In this document: piece by piece, positions 12,756 through 26,129 of the stretch
Position numbering within the stretch: position 1 is the stretch's first letter
How the letters are laid out: the number at the start of each line of letters is the position of its first letter
NCBI RefSeq assembly: GCF_009834535.1
Contig: NC_045697.1
Span: 67,086,001-67,150,000 of the forward strand
DNA: 64,000 bases
Direction of reading: 5' to 3'
DNA from: Camelus ferus
Taxonomy: Eukaryota
Program-made: the position numbers and the translations under genes
The notes under the pieces: generated by a model
What the model was told of the DNA's origin: nothing
The model's database searches: none
What the model saw: the letters and a program-made list of their open reading frames with translations, nothing else

Positions 12756-13392
12756 ACTGCCAAACTGCATCACCTCCAAAGCCAAATAGCCATCAGATGT
12801 CTTCCTTCTTCTTTTATCAACTGAGTTTTGGATGTTTTCCTTTTTTTTTTTTTTTTTTAAGAGATGACTTTCTCACTAATAGAAATATTTTTCCTTAAGA
12901 TATAATCTTAGAGGTATTTTTCTTTCTTTTCTTTTTAATATATTTTCTGATTGGGGGAGCTTTAGCTTGTTAATTATTGAATGCACTACACATGCAAAAA
13001 TTAGAGAGCACTCTTTGCAGGGAGAACTGAAGCTGCTAGGAAAAAAACACAAGATATAAAACAGACTGGACAGTAATACAAAGAACTCAACATATATATT
13101 CAGTGCCTCTTCACGATATTTTTATTCTAGTCCTCACCCATAAGAGGCTGAGGTGGAGCCCCTGCTGGTGTTTGAGGCAGAACAAGTGGGCAAGGGCCTG
13201 AGAGAGGTGAGGCTAATTGGATCTGAGCATGTAGAATTATCTGATATGCTCCTTTCTCATACGAGGCCAGGAAAAATATTTTTTTTCACTCGTATATTCC
13301 CTAGATGCATAGTTGACATTCAAGAAATATTGATTTTTAATTGAAAGCCTAAGAAATATCAGAGAATGATGGAGCATGTCAAGGATAGCATC

Positions 13393-13445
13393 ATTTAAAA
13401 AATAATTTTTTTTGAGGGGGAAGGTAATCAGGTTTATTTATTTAG
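13393..13445 (-). mobile_element. 3' tail-only fragment of the vic-1-like SINE
   Basis: gggggaaggtaatcaggtttatttattta matches the tail of the full copy (56803-56840). Flanked by the direct repeat ggatagcatc (13383-13392 and 13446-13455). Confidence 0.75.
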
Positions 13446-13864
13446 GGATAGCATCTTGAAAGTGGTGTCTTAAGTTGGTATTTGAGGGTGTGGACAGCAG
13501 TTATTAGTAGAAAGACTGGTGAAATAGCTTTTCTCTTGTCTTTATGCAATTTCAGGTACCAATTATCTAGATTTTCCCTAAAAGCTGTTTCTAAAAATGT
13601 ATCATTTGTAGTTTTATTCATTTTGTGAAATGTAAGACTACTAATGCAACATCTTCACTTAATTCCACCTCTACCTACTTGTAATTTTTTTCAGAATGCT
13701 TTCTGATTAATACCATTATGCAACTTAAAGATACCATCTATGTTTCAGTCTGCTGGTTATAATTTTTAAATGACTCCTATCCCCTGTGTTGCTTCCATCA
13801 GTTATGCATTTCCAGGCTTCTCTCTATTGCCAGAGCCTGCAATCCTGTAACACTGGAGGCCTTG

Positions 13865-14044
13865 ACATGGAAGAAAGGGCTCTGGACACGGACAAAGAAG
13901 ACCTATGTTTAAGTCTGGGCTCTGTGATCAAGCATACTTCTCTCAGGGACTTATTTTGTATAATAGGCATAATCATTCTCCATTTGTTTATTTCTAGAAG
14001 ACCTGCTTAGCCTTGAGGAGAATAAAAATGCACATAAATGCTTC
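13865..14044 (+). mobile_element. MIR fragment
   Basis: gaaagggctctggac...gaagacctatgtttaagtctgggctctg...tgtataataggcataatcat. Confidence 0.55.
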
Positions 14045-14559
14045 TCCCTGTTTCTGATGACACAAGACCAATAGGGAAGAGGAATAAACAGATAATACCA
14101 GATGGCCTTAAAGGGTTTTTACAGCACCTAAGTGTTACAGGGTGGTACTGAGGACGAGAATATACACAAAAATAATTAACAGCTATAAAATCCCTCTGTC
14201 ACTATATAAATATACAACACATATTTACTATTTCTTGGTTGTACCCTATACTCTCCTCCTCTCCACTTTAGTTCAGACTACTTCTCTAGATTATTTTCTC
14301 CACTTAGCTAAATCTTTCTAAACCCATTTGAAACCCTAGCAGCAATTTCTAAAGTCCCTAGTCTAAAGAGGTTGTTCCTTTTTTCTAACATTATAAACTA
14401 CTCTGAAGCCCCTTTGGGACATTTCTTCAGTGGTCCTAAGAGTGATCTAAATTTTGGGTGATTTACTTTTTCATGTATTAGATAAAACTTCTTTAAAAAT
14501 ACACTGTAAGGTATTTAAGATACATTTTCAACTTGATGAATATAAATTACAGCTATACT

Positions 14560-14978
14560 TAGGAGGTCAGGAACTTCACAGTCTTGGAAGCAGAAAGAAA
14601 GAATCAGACAAGTACACCAATAATTAATAAGTGGAGTGCAGGAATAAATGCAGTCGGTATTAAAAATAAAAAAAGGAGGAAAGATTGCATCCGGTTAGGA
14701 GAATCAGGTGAGGCTTGTCAGAGTAAGGTCTTTAAATAAGCCTGTCAGTATTAATGAAATTTCCAAAGTCAGAGACACGAAGTTGGCTGGGGAGAGAATA
14801 TTTAAGGAAATAGCCTGAGCACAAAACCGTGTTGGGAGAGCAACTGAGAGCATGTTCTTGACCATGTCAGCCTGGCTGGGACTTACACTTGTGAAGAAGC
14901 TCAGTGTGGAGGTGAAGAGAAGGCATCTAATTTAACAGACCGTGGGAAGCCACTGAAAGCTTCTGTTCAGGGAAGTCA
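14560..14978 (-). mobile_element. L2 LINE fragment
   Basis: caggaacttcacagtct, ggagaatcaggtgaggctt, and tgggaagccactgaaagcttctgttcagggaagt are antisense L2 landmarks. Confidence 0.7.
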
Positions 14979-15989
14979 ATAGTGCTCAATAAATGCTTAC
15001 TAATGTTTTTGTTTTATTGCTTTCAAAGCCTCGTCCCCCTTCGGGAGCTGCTATAAGTATTTTAAATACAATACTTCTATTGTGCACACAAAATAAATAT
15101 ATATTTTCCATGGTCATTGTCAGCTGCAGATCAATCGCTATTTCACAAGTTCCTTTTTATCTAGCCCAAGCCCATCTCTTTTCATGTTCCTCAATTTCCA
15201 CGTCACTGCACTAATCTTCCCTATTCTACGGATATTTTACAATCTCTTGTTTCAAGGATGTGCCTTAGGTCATAATTAAAGAAGGAAACACTGGTGTGTT
15301 TCCTCAGTAGTGTTTCTTGAGTCATCTTTTAAAATTCTTTCGTGTAATCAATAAGAGGATATTTCCAAAGTGGCCAGCGTGGCTCACGGACAGATCGCTT
15401 TCTAGCAATAGAAAGCTACCTTGGGGGAAGGAAACTACTTAGCCTCCTGTGTGGTAAGTACATTAGACATACCTAACACAATAATTATACTGATGAAGGG
15501 TCAATAGACTCTAACAGTCTGGGAGGGAAAAACAAAAAAAGCACATAAACATTCCCCTCCTCCATTTTTCCTTGAGTAACTTATAAATCACCAACTAGAC
15601 AGACAAATTAATAATGCAACTGTTTACAGTTCTGAAGTAATTTACAATGTCTGCTAATCTTCATAATATTCTCCTGCAAGGGGGTCTGATTATACCCCCA
15701 CATATTTCATTTAGATCTAACCACTGAAGGGAAATAGAATATTTTTGAACAAAACTACCCAAAAGTACATTAGAAAAATAAAATAGTAGTCTTGAGTTAA
15801 CGTTATTACTACTGGTACTGATGAAGAAAATCACACGATTCTTCAAGTACCCACTTGGCTGAGACTTGTTTCATCTCTGATTGTGTCAGATGCAAAAACC
15901 TTCAGCATTCAGGTGGGACCCACACTTCTTAACAAGCACAAGTTCCACAAGTTCAAGAAGACATCACAAGGTCATAATGATATCATTTG

Positions 15990-16191
15990 TAGAGGATCAA
16001 AGTGGACCCAAGGTTCTAGGCCAAGGTCCAAGGATCCAAGCAGTTTTTTGCCTCTAACCATGAAGCTGTGTGTTAATGAGCTTCATAAGTTTTCTGAGAC
16101 ACTTTAGTTTTCTCATTTGTTAAATGAGTGTTGGCAGGGGAAGTTAGTTATTATATGCACTCAGGGTGCTACCAGCTCTAAAATTCTATGA
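15990..16191 (+). mobile_element. MIR3 fragment
   Basis: ctttagttttctcatttgttaaatgag...ccagctctaaaattctatga. Confidence 0.6.
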
Positions 16192-16500
16192 AGCAAAGTT
16201 AGTTTGTTCTTCTATAATTCCTCTGTTCCTTAGTGGAAAGCTATTGATGGTTATCATCAGCTGCTTCATAATTTTTCACTCCTCCCCAGACGCATCAGAC
16301 TAAAAACAGCCGATACACATATAAAGTGCCAGAAAAAATAAATACTTGAAATCACGAAATTTAAGAACTATGAGAGGTTTAAAAATCAGGAATCTGGTCT
16401 GATGACTCATTTTAGATGGAGAAGTTAGATGACCAGCCCAAGTCATACATTTGCTATGGACAGAACCAAAGTCCACGCCTCCCATCTTCTAGCCCTGTGC

Positions 16501-16930
16501 CAGTGTTTCCTAAACTTTAGCCCCATGTTCATAATTTCTGATACATTTGCACACCTTGAACCATTACTTGTGATTTTTAAAAGTGAAATCAATTCATGTT
16601 TTTACTTAAGTATATTTATTACAAGAGGAATCTGTAATATCTGTATATTGTCACATTAACTGGTAAAGGTATCAACTGCCACCTACAGAAGGTTACCATA
16701 GTACATAAAATGAACACAAAACAATGCTTCATCATTTAGTTAGATACTTTTGCCTGATGTAGGTCTAGGGCCTAAGGCAGACTTTTTTTTTTTGGTTAAA
16801 AATAGAGATTAGTAAATGTTAGGCGATGTCAGCCAAGTAGGAAAGAAAAGAAACTCTTGTTTTAATCTAATGAGTTCTGAAAAACAGGAACAATTCCACT
16901 TACATGCTAGGTCAAGGTATGATTCCAAGA
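16501..16930 (+). mobile_element. MER113-like hAT-Charlie element
   Basis: Starts CAGTGTTTCCTAAACTT. Internal agaaggttaccata...aacacaaaacaatg...tagatacttttgcctg...gttaaaaatagagattagtaaatgttag is colinear with the MER113 consensus as I recall it. Confidence 0.75.
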
Positions 16931-17849
16931 CTACATGCCTTCCCAGTATCTTGACTTCCAACTCCATGCCCATATGAACAATTTACGGGTCCTATTTCCC
17001 ATTCACTGCTTTCCAATGCTCTGCAGCCCATCTGTAGGAATACATCATCTCTATCAATGTTGAGTTAGGTGAGAAGTTGCCGGCCCTCCAGGTAGTAGGT
17101 GGCATAATATAGCACAGGCTTCTTAGAGATAATGTCTTGGTCTGCAGATACTGTGGCAGGCTTTACAAGGACCTTGAAATCATCTGAAAAGTTATTGTTT
17201 GATTCCATTAGGGCCAGTCCTGATCTCATTTCTCTAAAATGAAACCTGACAACTGTGGTTTAGGCATGGCTGATATGTGATGCAACTGGGGCAGACTTGA
17301 TTTGTAGTCCAAATTTATCAGAATGTGGCAAGAAATAGGTTATATAACATAAAATAGGTCATAATCTTGACTTATTTTACTCCTAGTCCTTTAAGCCACC
17401 CTACTTCACTAATAAAGAATATCCATTCCTTACTTCCACATTTAAATTCCTGAGTATAATTTATAAAGCAACTCAAACAATGAGAAATAAAGTGATATGC
17501 TCCTGGAGAATGAGAGTAACATTTAACTCTTAGGGCTTAAAATTGTTAGCTTAAAGCAATTTTTATATTTTTCAAAATATAAAATATGGTTTGGCTCATT
17601 CCAAACTATATTTTCAGCAACTTCACTATTTAAAAAAAAAAATGCCCATTTAAAAATGCAAACATTTACTTTTAAAATCAAAAGAATGCAATGGTTATTG
17701 ATGGCAAATTTAAATGTTTGCAATGGTTTGATGGCAAATATGGTGTTAAATGGGCATATTTTAGGTGTTTCATGAAGGAGGTACAATTTATTGGTTACAA
17801 GTGAATAGTTGCACCTCACTCCTGAAAATCCTAATTCCAATAAAAAAAA

Positions 17850-18400
17850 AAGAAAGAAAGAAAAGCTACAAACACACTAGAAAAAATGAGAATGGGAGAG
17901 TAGACCATAGCAGATGAAGGCTGTCAAAAAAAGGAATCTGAAAATAAGATGAATTATTAAAAGCTAAGGTTTTAGATAATAAAGTTCTTATCTACAAATC
18001 TGTACCAACTGACAATTTGAAAAGAATAAACATGTTTTCATATATAGAAAGGCATAAAAACTTAATCTTTCTTATCTTTATCTTTCACACAGCTCTTCTT
18101 AGGAAGATGCTAAAGGGTATATTTCACTAACACTGGTGAGTCAACCAGACAAGAAGATGTGAGATATTTCAAGAGGCAGAATGTCCAGTAAAACCAGAGG
18201 GTATTTCTGGGGCAACAGGCAAGGAAATCTTAGTCTGACAACTGTGCAGCAAGCCTGGCTGGGCATCAAGAAAGTTGGAGGTGGGACAGAGGGCTCCAAA
18301 ATGATTGGATCCAAAGGACAATAAATAGATTACATGACACATTTGGCCTTGCTGGGAGGAATTTTAGAATTTGCTGAAAGCACTTGGGAATACATTAACG
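17850..18400 (+). mobile_element. HAL1 (half-L1) fragment
   Basis: agaataaacatgttttca...cttcttaggaagatgctaaagggtatatttcactaa...ggaaatcttagtctgacaactgtgcagcaagcctgg...agagggctcca follows the HAL1 3' region. Confidence 0.65.
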
Positions 18401-18458
18401 TCAGTACTTAGAAATCTAAGGTGAGGGAGGAACAAACAAAGATGGGGAGGGGAGAGGT

Positions 18459-18461
<3 letters not shown>

Positions 18462-18518
<57 letters not shown>
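18462..18518 (+). repeat. (GA)28 perfect microsatellite
   Basis: Direct reading. It explains the RE-repeat and SL-repeat ORFs in the track. Confidence 0.97.
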
Positions 18519-18519
<1 letters not shown>

Positions 18520-19409
18520 ACGCGCAAGAGAAAAGAGACATTCCTAGCTACTTCGAATATGGCACCTCTGCAGCGTTTATGTAGCCTACATAGTGTAACC
18601 TCCCCAAAGATTAGAGGGTTGAAGATAAGAATCCATTTTCCCTTTTGGGCCCATGATTTGATCCACATTCACAACATTTAGAGAAATGTTCACGGGCTAA
18701 AGCAGCTGATGCCAGTAGAGTTTCTCAGGGTCCTAATCCAGGAAGAGATAGGCGAAGTGGGTAGTTTGACAAATTAGTTTTTTTAGTGACTGAACTGCTT
18801 TTTCTGGATGATTAGAATTCCTTATTTCAAGCCATTACTAATATTTTCATCTTCATATAATTCGAAATGCTTTGCAAGGACTTTCCTATCTGTCCGATTA
18901 GTTCAACCTCACACAATCATTAGGAGGTTAAATAACATATGTTATTATCCTCAGTCTAATAATGAAGAAGCAGATTCAAAAAAAAAAATTAACTCGCTTC
19001 TTTGCCCTTTGTTTAGTTTTTGAAAAAGGAGAAAACAGGACTGAGGTCTCCTATCTGCTTCACCCCAAATCTTTTTTCACTCTGTCAGTGATTCCCAGCA
19101 TGTGGGCCTCAAACAACCCAAGAGGCTCAGAATAATTTTAGAGTGTTCAAATCCTCAAGTCCAAATGCAAACCTGGCATTATCTTCAGAAGAACCAATAA
19201 CACATCCTACACATATGTAACTTCTACTTTTCAAATACACAATGACATTGCTCTGATGAAAAAAACACACATTTATGCAAAAATTTTTACTGAATTCACA
19301 GTAACTTTTTATCTTTGTGCATTCTCAAATCAATGAAAGATTGAAAGCACCACTGTTTATTCTGTGGAGGCGATCAATTTTTTTGAAGCTGAAAGGGATC
19401 CTGTATGTC

Positions 19410-19690
19410 TACACCACACTCTCAAGAGAGGCCCTCCTTGACAAGTCAAACTAAATTAAACACCCACTCCACGCACTGTTCTCTAGCTCAGCCTCCTTTA
19501 CTCTCCATAGTACTCAGCACACTCACAGGCACCCCATTTATCTTTTGACCTGTTCTGGAGTCCACTCAGATCCATCCCTCACCTGCCACAGGAAGGTGTG
19601 GTCCACACGGGCAGAGGCATTGTTGCTCTGGTTCACTCTTGTGTGAACCCAGGACTGGCCTGGTGAAACCATGGGCTCCACCAAGCTCTG
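19410..19690 (+). mobile_element. L2 3' end
   Basis: gagaggccctccttgac...tccatagtactcagcac...tccacacgggcagaggcattgttgctctggttcact. Confidence 0.55.
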
Positions 19691-19819
19691 CGGACTTCAG
19701 GTGTCAGGAATGTTGCCACACCTGTTCTCCCAGCTGGCTCCTGGCTCTGCCCTCTTAGAGGGCAGATGATCAAGGTGTAAGTAGAAAAACAACTATGCCA
19801 ATGAAAATGGTGGCTGTGA

Positions 19820-19975
19820 ATGATAGTTTCAGGGTGCTTAGCACGTCATGTGAGTACCTTACATACATCCTGTATTTGCTTCCCGGTCTGTAAGATGGGT
19901 AATATTGCCTCTGCTTTGCAGATGACAAACTGATTCTCAGAGGTAGTTAGGTTCTGTACCCTGGACCACACTAGG
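19820..19975 (-). mobile_element. MIR fragment
   Basis: ctgtaagatgggtaatattgcctctgctttgcagatgacaaactgattctcagagg. Confidence 0.6.
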
Positions 19976-21599
19976 AAAAGATACTGTTGCACCTCTTAAC
20001 GACATCTGCATGTTCCTAAAAACTGTCCTAATCTCATGGGTTATCTTGTCCCTGGTACTACCCTTATGCATGGCACTCCACAGTAGGTCAAAGTCTTTTG
20101 ATAAAAAAGAGAAGACCAACAGATTCCATTCAAGGGGCTACCTGTCCTCTCTTACTTTTGTGCATTCATTACAAACGATAATCCTTTAGAATTCAACAGA
20201 TGTTTCAGCATTAACTAAAATCCCTATTTTTTTTTCAACTCCTGGAGGAGGGAAGAGGAGAGGGAAGAGAGGCAAGATGCTCACAAAGGGAAGTCTGTGA
20301 TGCTGAATCAGCCTCAGAGCTGAAGCAAAGGCAGAGATGCAGCTACCGCCCAGAGCAAATGAAAGAGGCACTTTGTTAGTAATGGGGGAGAGTGTTAGGG
20401 GACACAACATCTAGCTAGAAGAAAGTTAAGCCTCAGGCAGAAATCAGGGCAATTATTGAACAAATCTGGGGGCATCACATTCACTCTGAACACTAAAGAG
20501 ATGACGGCCTTCTGCTCAGAGGCAAATGACAGCATTCAAATTATGTCCCACTCAAACTCAGCCCCCACCCCCTCTAACCAGTGTAAAGAATCAAAGGGAG
20601 TTTGCAGATCAGCCTGGCTCTGCCTCGGGGTTGACAAATGTGAGATCAGCCCCTCCTTATCACCACCTGATTCCCTCTGGACCTTCTAATGGTTCAGAGG
20701 GCAGAGGAATAATGCGATTTGTCAGGAAAGGGACAAATGCTGCAATAACAATGTCCACGTAAACTGAGCAAATGCTTGGTTTAATTGTCTCCACAAGTCA
20801 ACCTCGCAGGAGTTCAGCTGGGAAAGCTGATGATCCAAAAGAAATTATTTTCTTATCTTTTATTGAAAATTTCAAGGAAAACACATGCCACAGCCCCTCA
20901 GGACAAACCGGAGAATGGCCAGGACAGGGAAGATGGATGTCTTCCAATGTCTTGACACATCTAACTTTAAGATATTGAGGATACTATCATAACTTTCTGC
21001 CTTAAATGTCTTTATTAGAGAAACAAGATTTATGTTTCTGGTCTAGGAAGCGAAAGAAACTCGGGTGTCCATAAAAGGTCCTGTGTCAGTCACTCAGCCT
21101 ATCTGATTAGGGGCACAGAGGGCAGAATTTTAAAGAGAAAGTTATCTTCCTTCGGGTGGCCAGGTTTCTCTTCCTTGCAATTTACTTTTATACATTTCCC
21201 TGAGCTTTCTGGCACATTATATTACTTTTTTGGTTTCTGTTAGAAGTTCCTGCAGGAAATGGTAACTCTCTAGTTTCCTGATTTTCAAAAATGAATGTTC
21301 ACATATGTTTAACATCAGGCTCCCTCACATCCACCCATAAATCTGCACACTGGAGGGAAATATATATATTATAAATAATTCACATAAAACAGTATAAGCC
21401 TGTCTTACACTGAAGGAAATTAGGCAAATGAAAAAGTTGCAATTAAATTCAATCTCTGTCTCTTCTCTTTATTCGTAAGTTTTACATCCTCATAGATGGC
21501 TAAGTGATTTCTAGGAGAATAGGGCTGGTTACTAAGTTGGAGGTTTCCTGACGGCTCTCAGCAGTGGCAATCATGGATCCTAAACTAGTCATTATTTCC

Positions 21600-22280
21600 C
21601 CCCATTGGGTCCCCTCCCGGCTGTATCTACTGCTACCGCCTTCATTAAGGACCCAACAACTGCAGGTGCTCCTAACTGGCCTCCCCGGCCGCTGGTCCTC
21701 ACTCCTCCCATCCGTTCTCCATAATGCTGTGGAACGTTTTTTCTAAAACACGATTCCAGTCACATCATATCTATTTCTCCATTGCCTTCAGGGCGCAGAA
21801 TGGTCTGGGTTGGCATAGGGTGCCGTGAGCTTCCTCAGGCTCATCTCTTGTCCTTACCCTTACCTCCCCCAACATCTCACAGTCTCCTCAGGCCAAACCA
21901 CTCACAATCCTTCCGATGGAGTGTGCTCTTTAAGCCCCCTTATGTTCACACATACTTCTCCCTTTTCTCAGAACTCCTTCTCAATTCTGTTCACTGGGTT
22001 AGTATCACTACACAAAACTTAACTCAGGTATTACCTTTTCCAGAGAGCCTTCTCTGAACACATTCTATGCGGTACAACTATGCCATCGGGGGTTCCCACT
22101 GGATCTGCTTTTCTTTTCTCACACTTTATTATGACTTTATGTGAGCCTTTCCCCCTTTTTCTGGACTACACGCTTCTTGAAGGAACTGACCTTTATCTTG
22201 TAGTTATTTTTTAAGAACCAAGAGTGGTGCATGATATATATCAGTAGACACTTGACACATGTTTGTTGGATAAATGACTA
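21600..22280 (+). mobile_element. L2 LINE 3' region
   Basis: ctcctaactggcctcccc...catccgttctccataatgctg...ttccagagagccttctctga...ctggactacacgcttcttgaagg...atgtttgttggataaatga. Confidence 0.75.
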
Positions 22281-24010
22281 TGTTAAGAATACACTGAGTT
22301 GAAAGTCACTGTATTTGGTATAATAGGAGAAGCAGTGAGAAGTCAAATGCTTCCAAAAACATTATACTGATGCCTGAAAAATCTACCACTCATGATTTAT
22401 TCCATAAATGATTTATTTTGCCTCATTCCTGGAAGACTATTAAAATGTAAATACTCTTGTGAGAGTTAGCACAAAAAGTCACCAATTCGTGACCCTGAGT
22501 TGGTTTTAGGTTCCCACTGTCAACAGAGAGAACTGAGTGCCAGCTACAGGTGGTAAGAGAAAGGACAGATAGCAAAAGGGTGAGGCCAAACTGCACAGGG
22601 AGCAGAGAAGAACACAAGTCTGCTCATCAGCTTCAGAATTTTCCCAGGCACCAGCTCTTGCTTTCCATCTATATAGCCAGGATTCCTCCCTGTTTTTCTC
22701 ACATATGGGAATTGAACAAAGACGGGGCAAGTTTTTTTCAAAGGCCCAACAAATCTTGGTAAACAGAGAATGGAAGAATCCCATGTGACCCTCTGACAAA
22801 CCCACCTTTCCTCTTCACCAAACTCAGTTCCCCAAACTCATGTTTCAATGCTCCTGCCATACTCCAGCCTCCTGGTCGTACAATTCCTTGATTATTTTGG
22901 AGCTATTACTTACGTTAATATACCTGAGGCGTGTTCTGTTTAACTTTCTGTATGGCCTCTCCTCTGCTCCCAGTGGTCATCTCTCATAACACCCCTCATG
23001 CAACCCAAGAGGGCTTGTTCCTGTGCTCTCTAGAGATGCCAACTAGAGACAGCATTGACCCACGTTCCCCTGCCTATCCCCTTGGCTGGCTTTCTCAAGG
23101 CCACCCATGATGGAGCTTGGCCTCGAGCATTTCCCACAGAGGGCGGCTCTCCCTTCCAGAATTGCCACTCATCAACCTCCTCATTCAAATCAGATCTAAC
23201 ATCTAATTATTCTGATTATACCACATTTGTGTGGAGGGTGTTATTATCTTTGCACTTTATTGAAGACAATACGGTTCGGAATAATCAACTGAATTCATTC
23301 TCCCAATGGTGGGAATAAAGGTTTTAGAGCTACACAGACTGGACAAAGCGTTTTCTAGCACTGTCATATACCTCATTTTTATTCTTATCACAATAATAAT
23401 TTCCACATTAAAACATGCTGTTTCCAGAGTTGAAAACTTTTCCTCATAGTTTATTTGTGAGTCTGCAATAGCCGAGGAAGCAGAAGGTCATACATTTCCA
23501 ATTCCTGGGTCATTAGACTACACAGCTCCCCACTCAAACCCTGCAAATGTGTCGGTGTTCAATTAGGTGCAGAACAGCTTTCCTTTTAAAACAAGAGACA
23601 CAGCTTGCAAATGGCCAGGATGAGTCCTCATCCTCAGAGAAAAGCTGCTTCCTACTTTGCACTCAGACCCAAAGTTCCGTTAAACTTCTCCAGACCTTAT
23701 TAAGTAATGGAGGCACATCAGACAAATACCAGCTTTTTATGATTAGATCAATGCATCCCCTCAAATACCACACTCAGTTAATTTATGGACTCACTCATAT
23801 AGTTTGTAAAAATTCTGAAATTAAGGAGAGATTCTTTTATTACTTCTTTAGAAACTTCTCAAATTTCCTAGGTTTCAGTTTCCACTTCTACTCTCCCCCA
23901 CCCCAACCCCCCGGGCAAGAATATAGGTCTTTTGGAGAGGGAAAGTTACCCCCCACAAAAAAAGGATGGATAAAATGAAATGGCAGGGGGTCATACTAAC
24001 AAAGAAATTA

Positions 24011-24490
24011 TGTAATAGGGAAGAACAGATCTGACTCAATATTGGATCTGTTTCTTTTCCTTTAACCTCTGTGTTCTCTTGCTTTTGCTACAAGTTAATC
24101 ACTATAGGGATGCTGCCTATAAATTTAAATTATACACAATGGTCCATCTCTGGGAACTCTGCCTCTCATGTAATGAGCGTTAAGCTAAAATATCTTTGTT
24201 TCGCTCACAGGAAACATCCTGACCAGGCCCACCAGTAATGGCTGCAGGAAGGAAGAAATTAACACATCCCCTCTGAAGTCTGACTGGAGCCAGGAAACGT
24301 TCAACTTTACCCCCTTCCCTTTTGGTCTAAAAGAAGCCTAAATTCTAACTCAGGGAAGATGATTCTTTGGGATACTAGTCCATCATCTTCCCAGTCTGCT
24401 GGCTTTCTGAATAAAGTCACTATTCTTTGCCCCAGCAACTTGTCCTTCAATTTACTGGCCTGTCATGCAGTGAGCTTGGATGCAGTAACA
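24011..24490 (+). mobile_element. ERV1-class solo LTR
   Basis: tgtaataggg ... gcagtaaca gives TG...CA ends over 480 bp. AATAAA at 24410-24415. 4-bp TSD atta/acta. The 3' part resembles MER34/MER41-related LTRs. Confidence 0.85.
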
Positions 24491-26129
24491 ACTAGGCAAG
24501 CATCTAAGGGTCCACCCTCCTGCAAAGTTGACTCTCTGCTCCCAACACCTCCACGATTGCTTATGAGTTTCTGGAGACACAAGTTGAGTTTGTAACTCCA
24601 CTAGCTTTGCTATGAAGACTGTCAGCAATGACTGGAATTCTGTTAGGCAACGGGTGTTACCTGAATTAACTGGCATTTGATGGCACAAAGCAGAGTATAA
24701 AGAAAATACTTAGCAACTAATGCACTTAGGCCCAACTGTTTTGCATTTCGTAATTGAGCAGGCAGAAATTCATAACCTAATATTTTAAAGTGATTTTTTA
24801 GGTTCAGTAAAATGCCTTTGAATTTAAACACGTTTTCTTCAAGGAGGTTATATAGTGCAATGAAGGAGAAAGAATGATCTGGAAAACTATGTTGAAAATA
24901 TAAAGAAAAAGAATTTTGGAGATTATTGTGACCTTTTTTTTTTTTTACAAGTGGGAAATAAAGTCCAAATCTTCAGTACAATAATATTTACTCTTCATAT
25001 TAAATTCATATAACCTTAAGCCTCTCCCTTGATTATAAACCCATCTGAGCCCTGGCCACCACAGCTAAAGATTTCTTTCTTTTCTCATCTTTTTGATACT
25101 TTAGCCTGAGTTGTCACAGACCCATTTAACTCTTAAAGGGCGTGCCAGAAGTATAAATGTAAAAGTACCAAGTAAAAATTTTTTTTAAATACTGGGCATA
25201 CAAAACTTTCACTAGCCATTAATATTTGTCTCAACTTAGCCTATTTTTTACTTACATCCTACTTCTTCGAGTCACAACTTTTTAGTTCAAGTGTCCAAAT
25301 ACAATAGGACAATGATCCTCAAATTACGTGACAAAAGGAATCACTGGAATCGTTTCAGTGATTATAGCTTCCTACCTTTAATCTTTCTGAAACCAAATCT
25401 CAGATGGAGCTGGGAACACAGATGATTCATAGCAAACACCTGGAGTGCCCCACCTCCCCCCAAGTCCCCACAGATTTCAAAGAAAAACAAACAAAAAAGC
25501 AAGTCAGTAAAAAAAACCAGAATGACTACATTAAACTGACTATTCACTGATTGAGTTGATATTTGAGAGTCTTTTCTGTGTCAGTCACTTTCCTAGTCCC
25601 CGGACATGATTTACATACTATTCATTAAGTTAATTGTCTGGTTTTAATAAGTTCAATGCCTCATTTTCATTAAAGCAATGCTGATTTTTAAAATAAGCCT
25701 TATCACATGTGTCACAACTTATTTCCAAAACAACTTTAATAGTTGACAAACTTGAAGGGTGTCCATGATGAATCATTAGAAAGTATGGGATAAATACGGT
25801 GGATTTATTGTTGGAGTCCAGGACATGCAGGTGTTAAGAGCCAACCTGAAGTATGAATCCATCATTCTGAAAAAAAAGGCACTTGCTTTGAAACCAATTT
25901 TCAAGTGCTCTGAAAATGGATTTTTTAAAAATTAAAATTAAATTGCAAAGTTAAAATTATTGCTTTTTTAGTAGGCAATAACTGAAATATAATAATGTCC
26001 CTTTGTCCCCCAACCCCAACTTAAAACTTCATCAGATGATGTAAAAACACCGATGGAACTAGGCATGTTAAGATTAAAATCGGACCAAATAAGTGAGAGA
26101 AAGGGGGCTTTGTAGTAAATTTACTTATG

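Noticed and set aside
15283..15304. Hairpin aggaaacac-tggt-gtgtttcct (a similar one lies at 25339-25363) as a miRNA or terminator
   Set aside because: The stems are far too short for a pre-miRNA, and intrinsic terminators are irrelevant in mammalian DNA.
18408..18681. RERERE and SLSLSL ORFs resembling low-complexity proteins
   Set aside because: They are translations of the (GA)28 microsatellite.
21069..21078. CArG box CCATAAAAGG
   Set aside because: Several CC(A/T)6GG matches are expected by chance in 64 kb of AT-rich DNA, and there is no other support.
23547..23978. Longest ORF (143 aa)
   Set aside because: No recognisable domain, an F/Y-rich composition typical of AT-rich non-coding DNA, and no supporting splice pattern.
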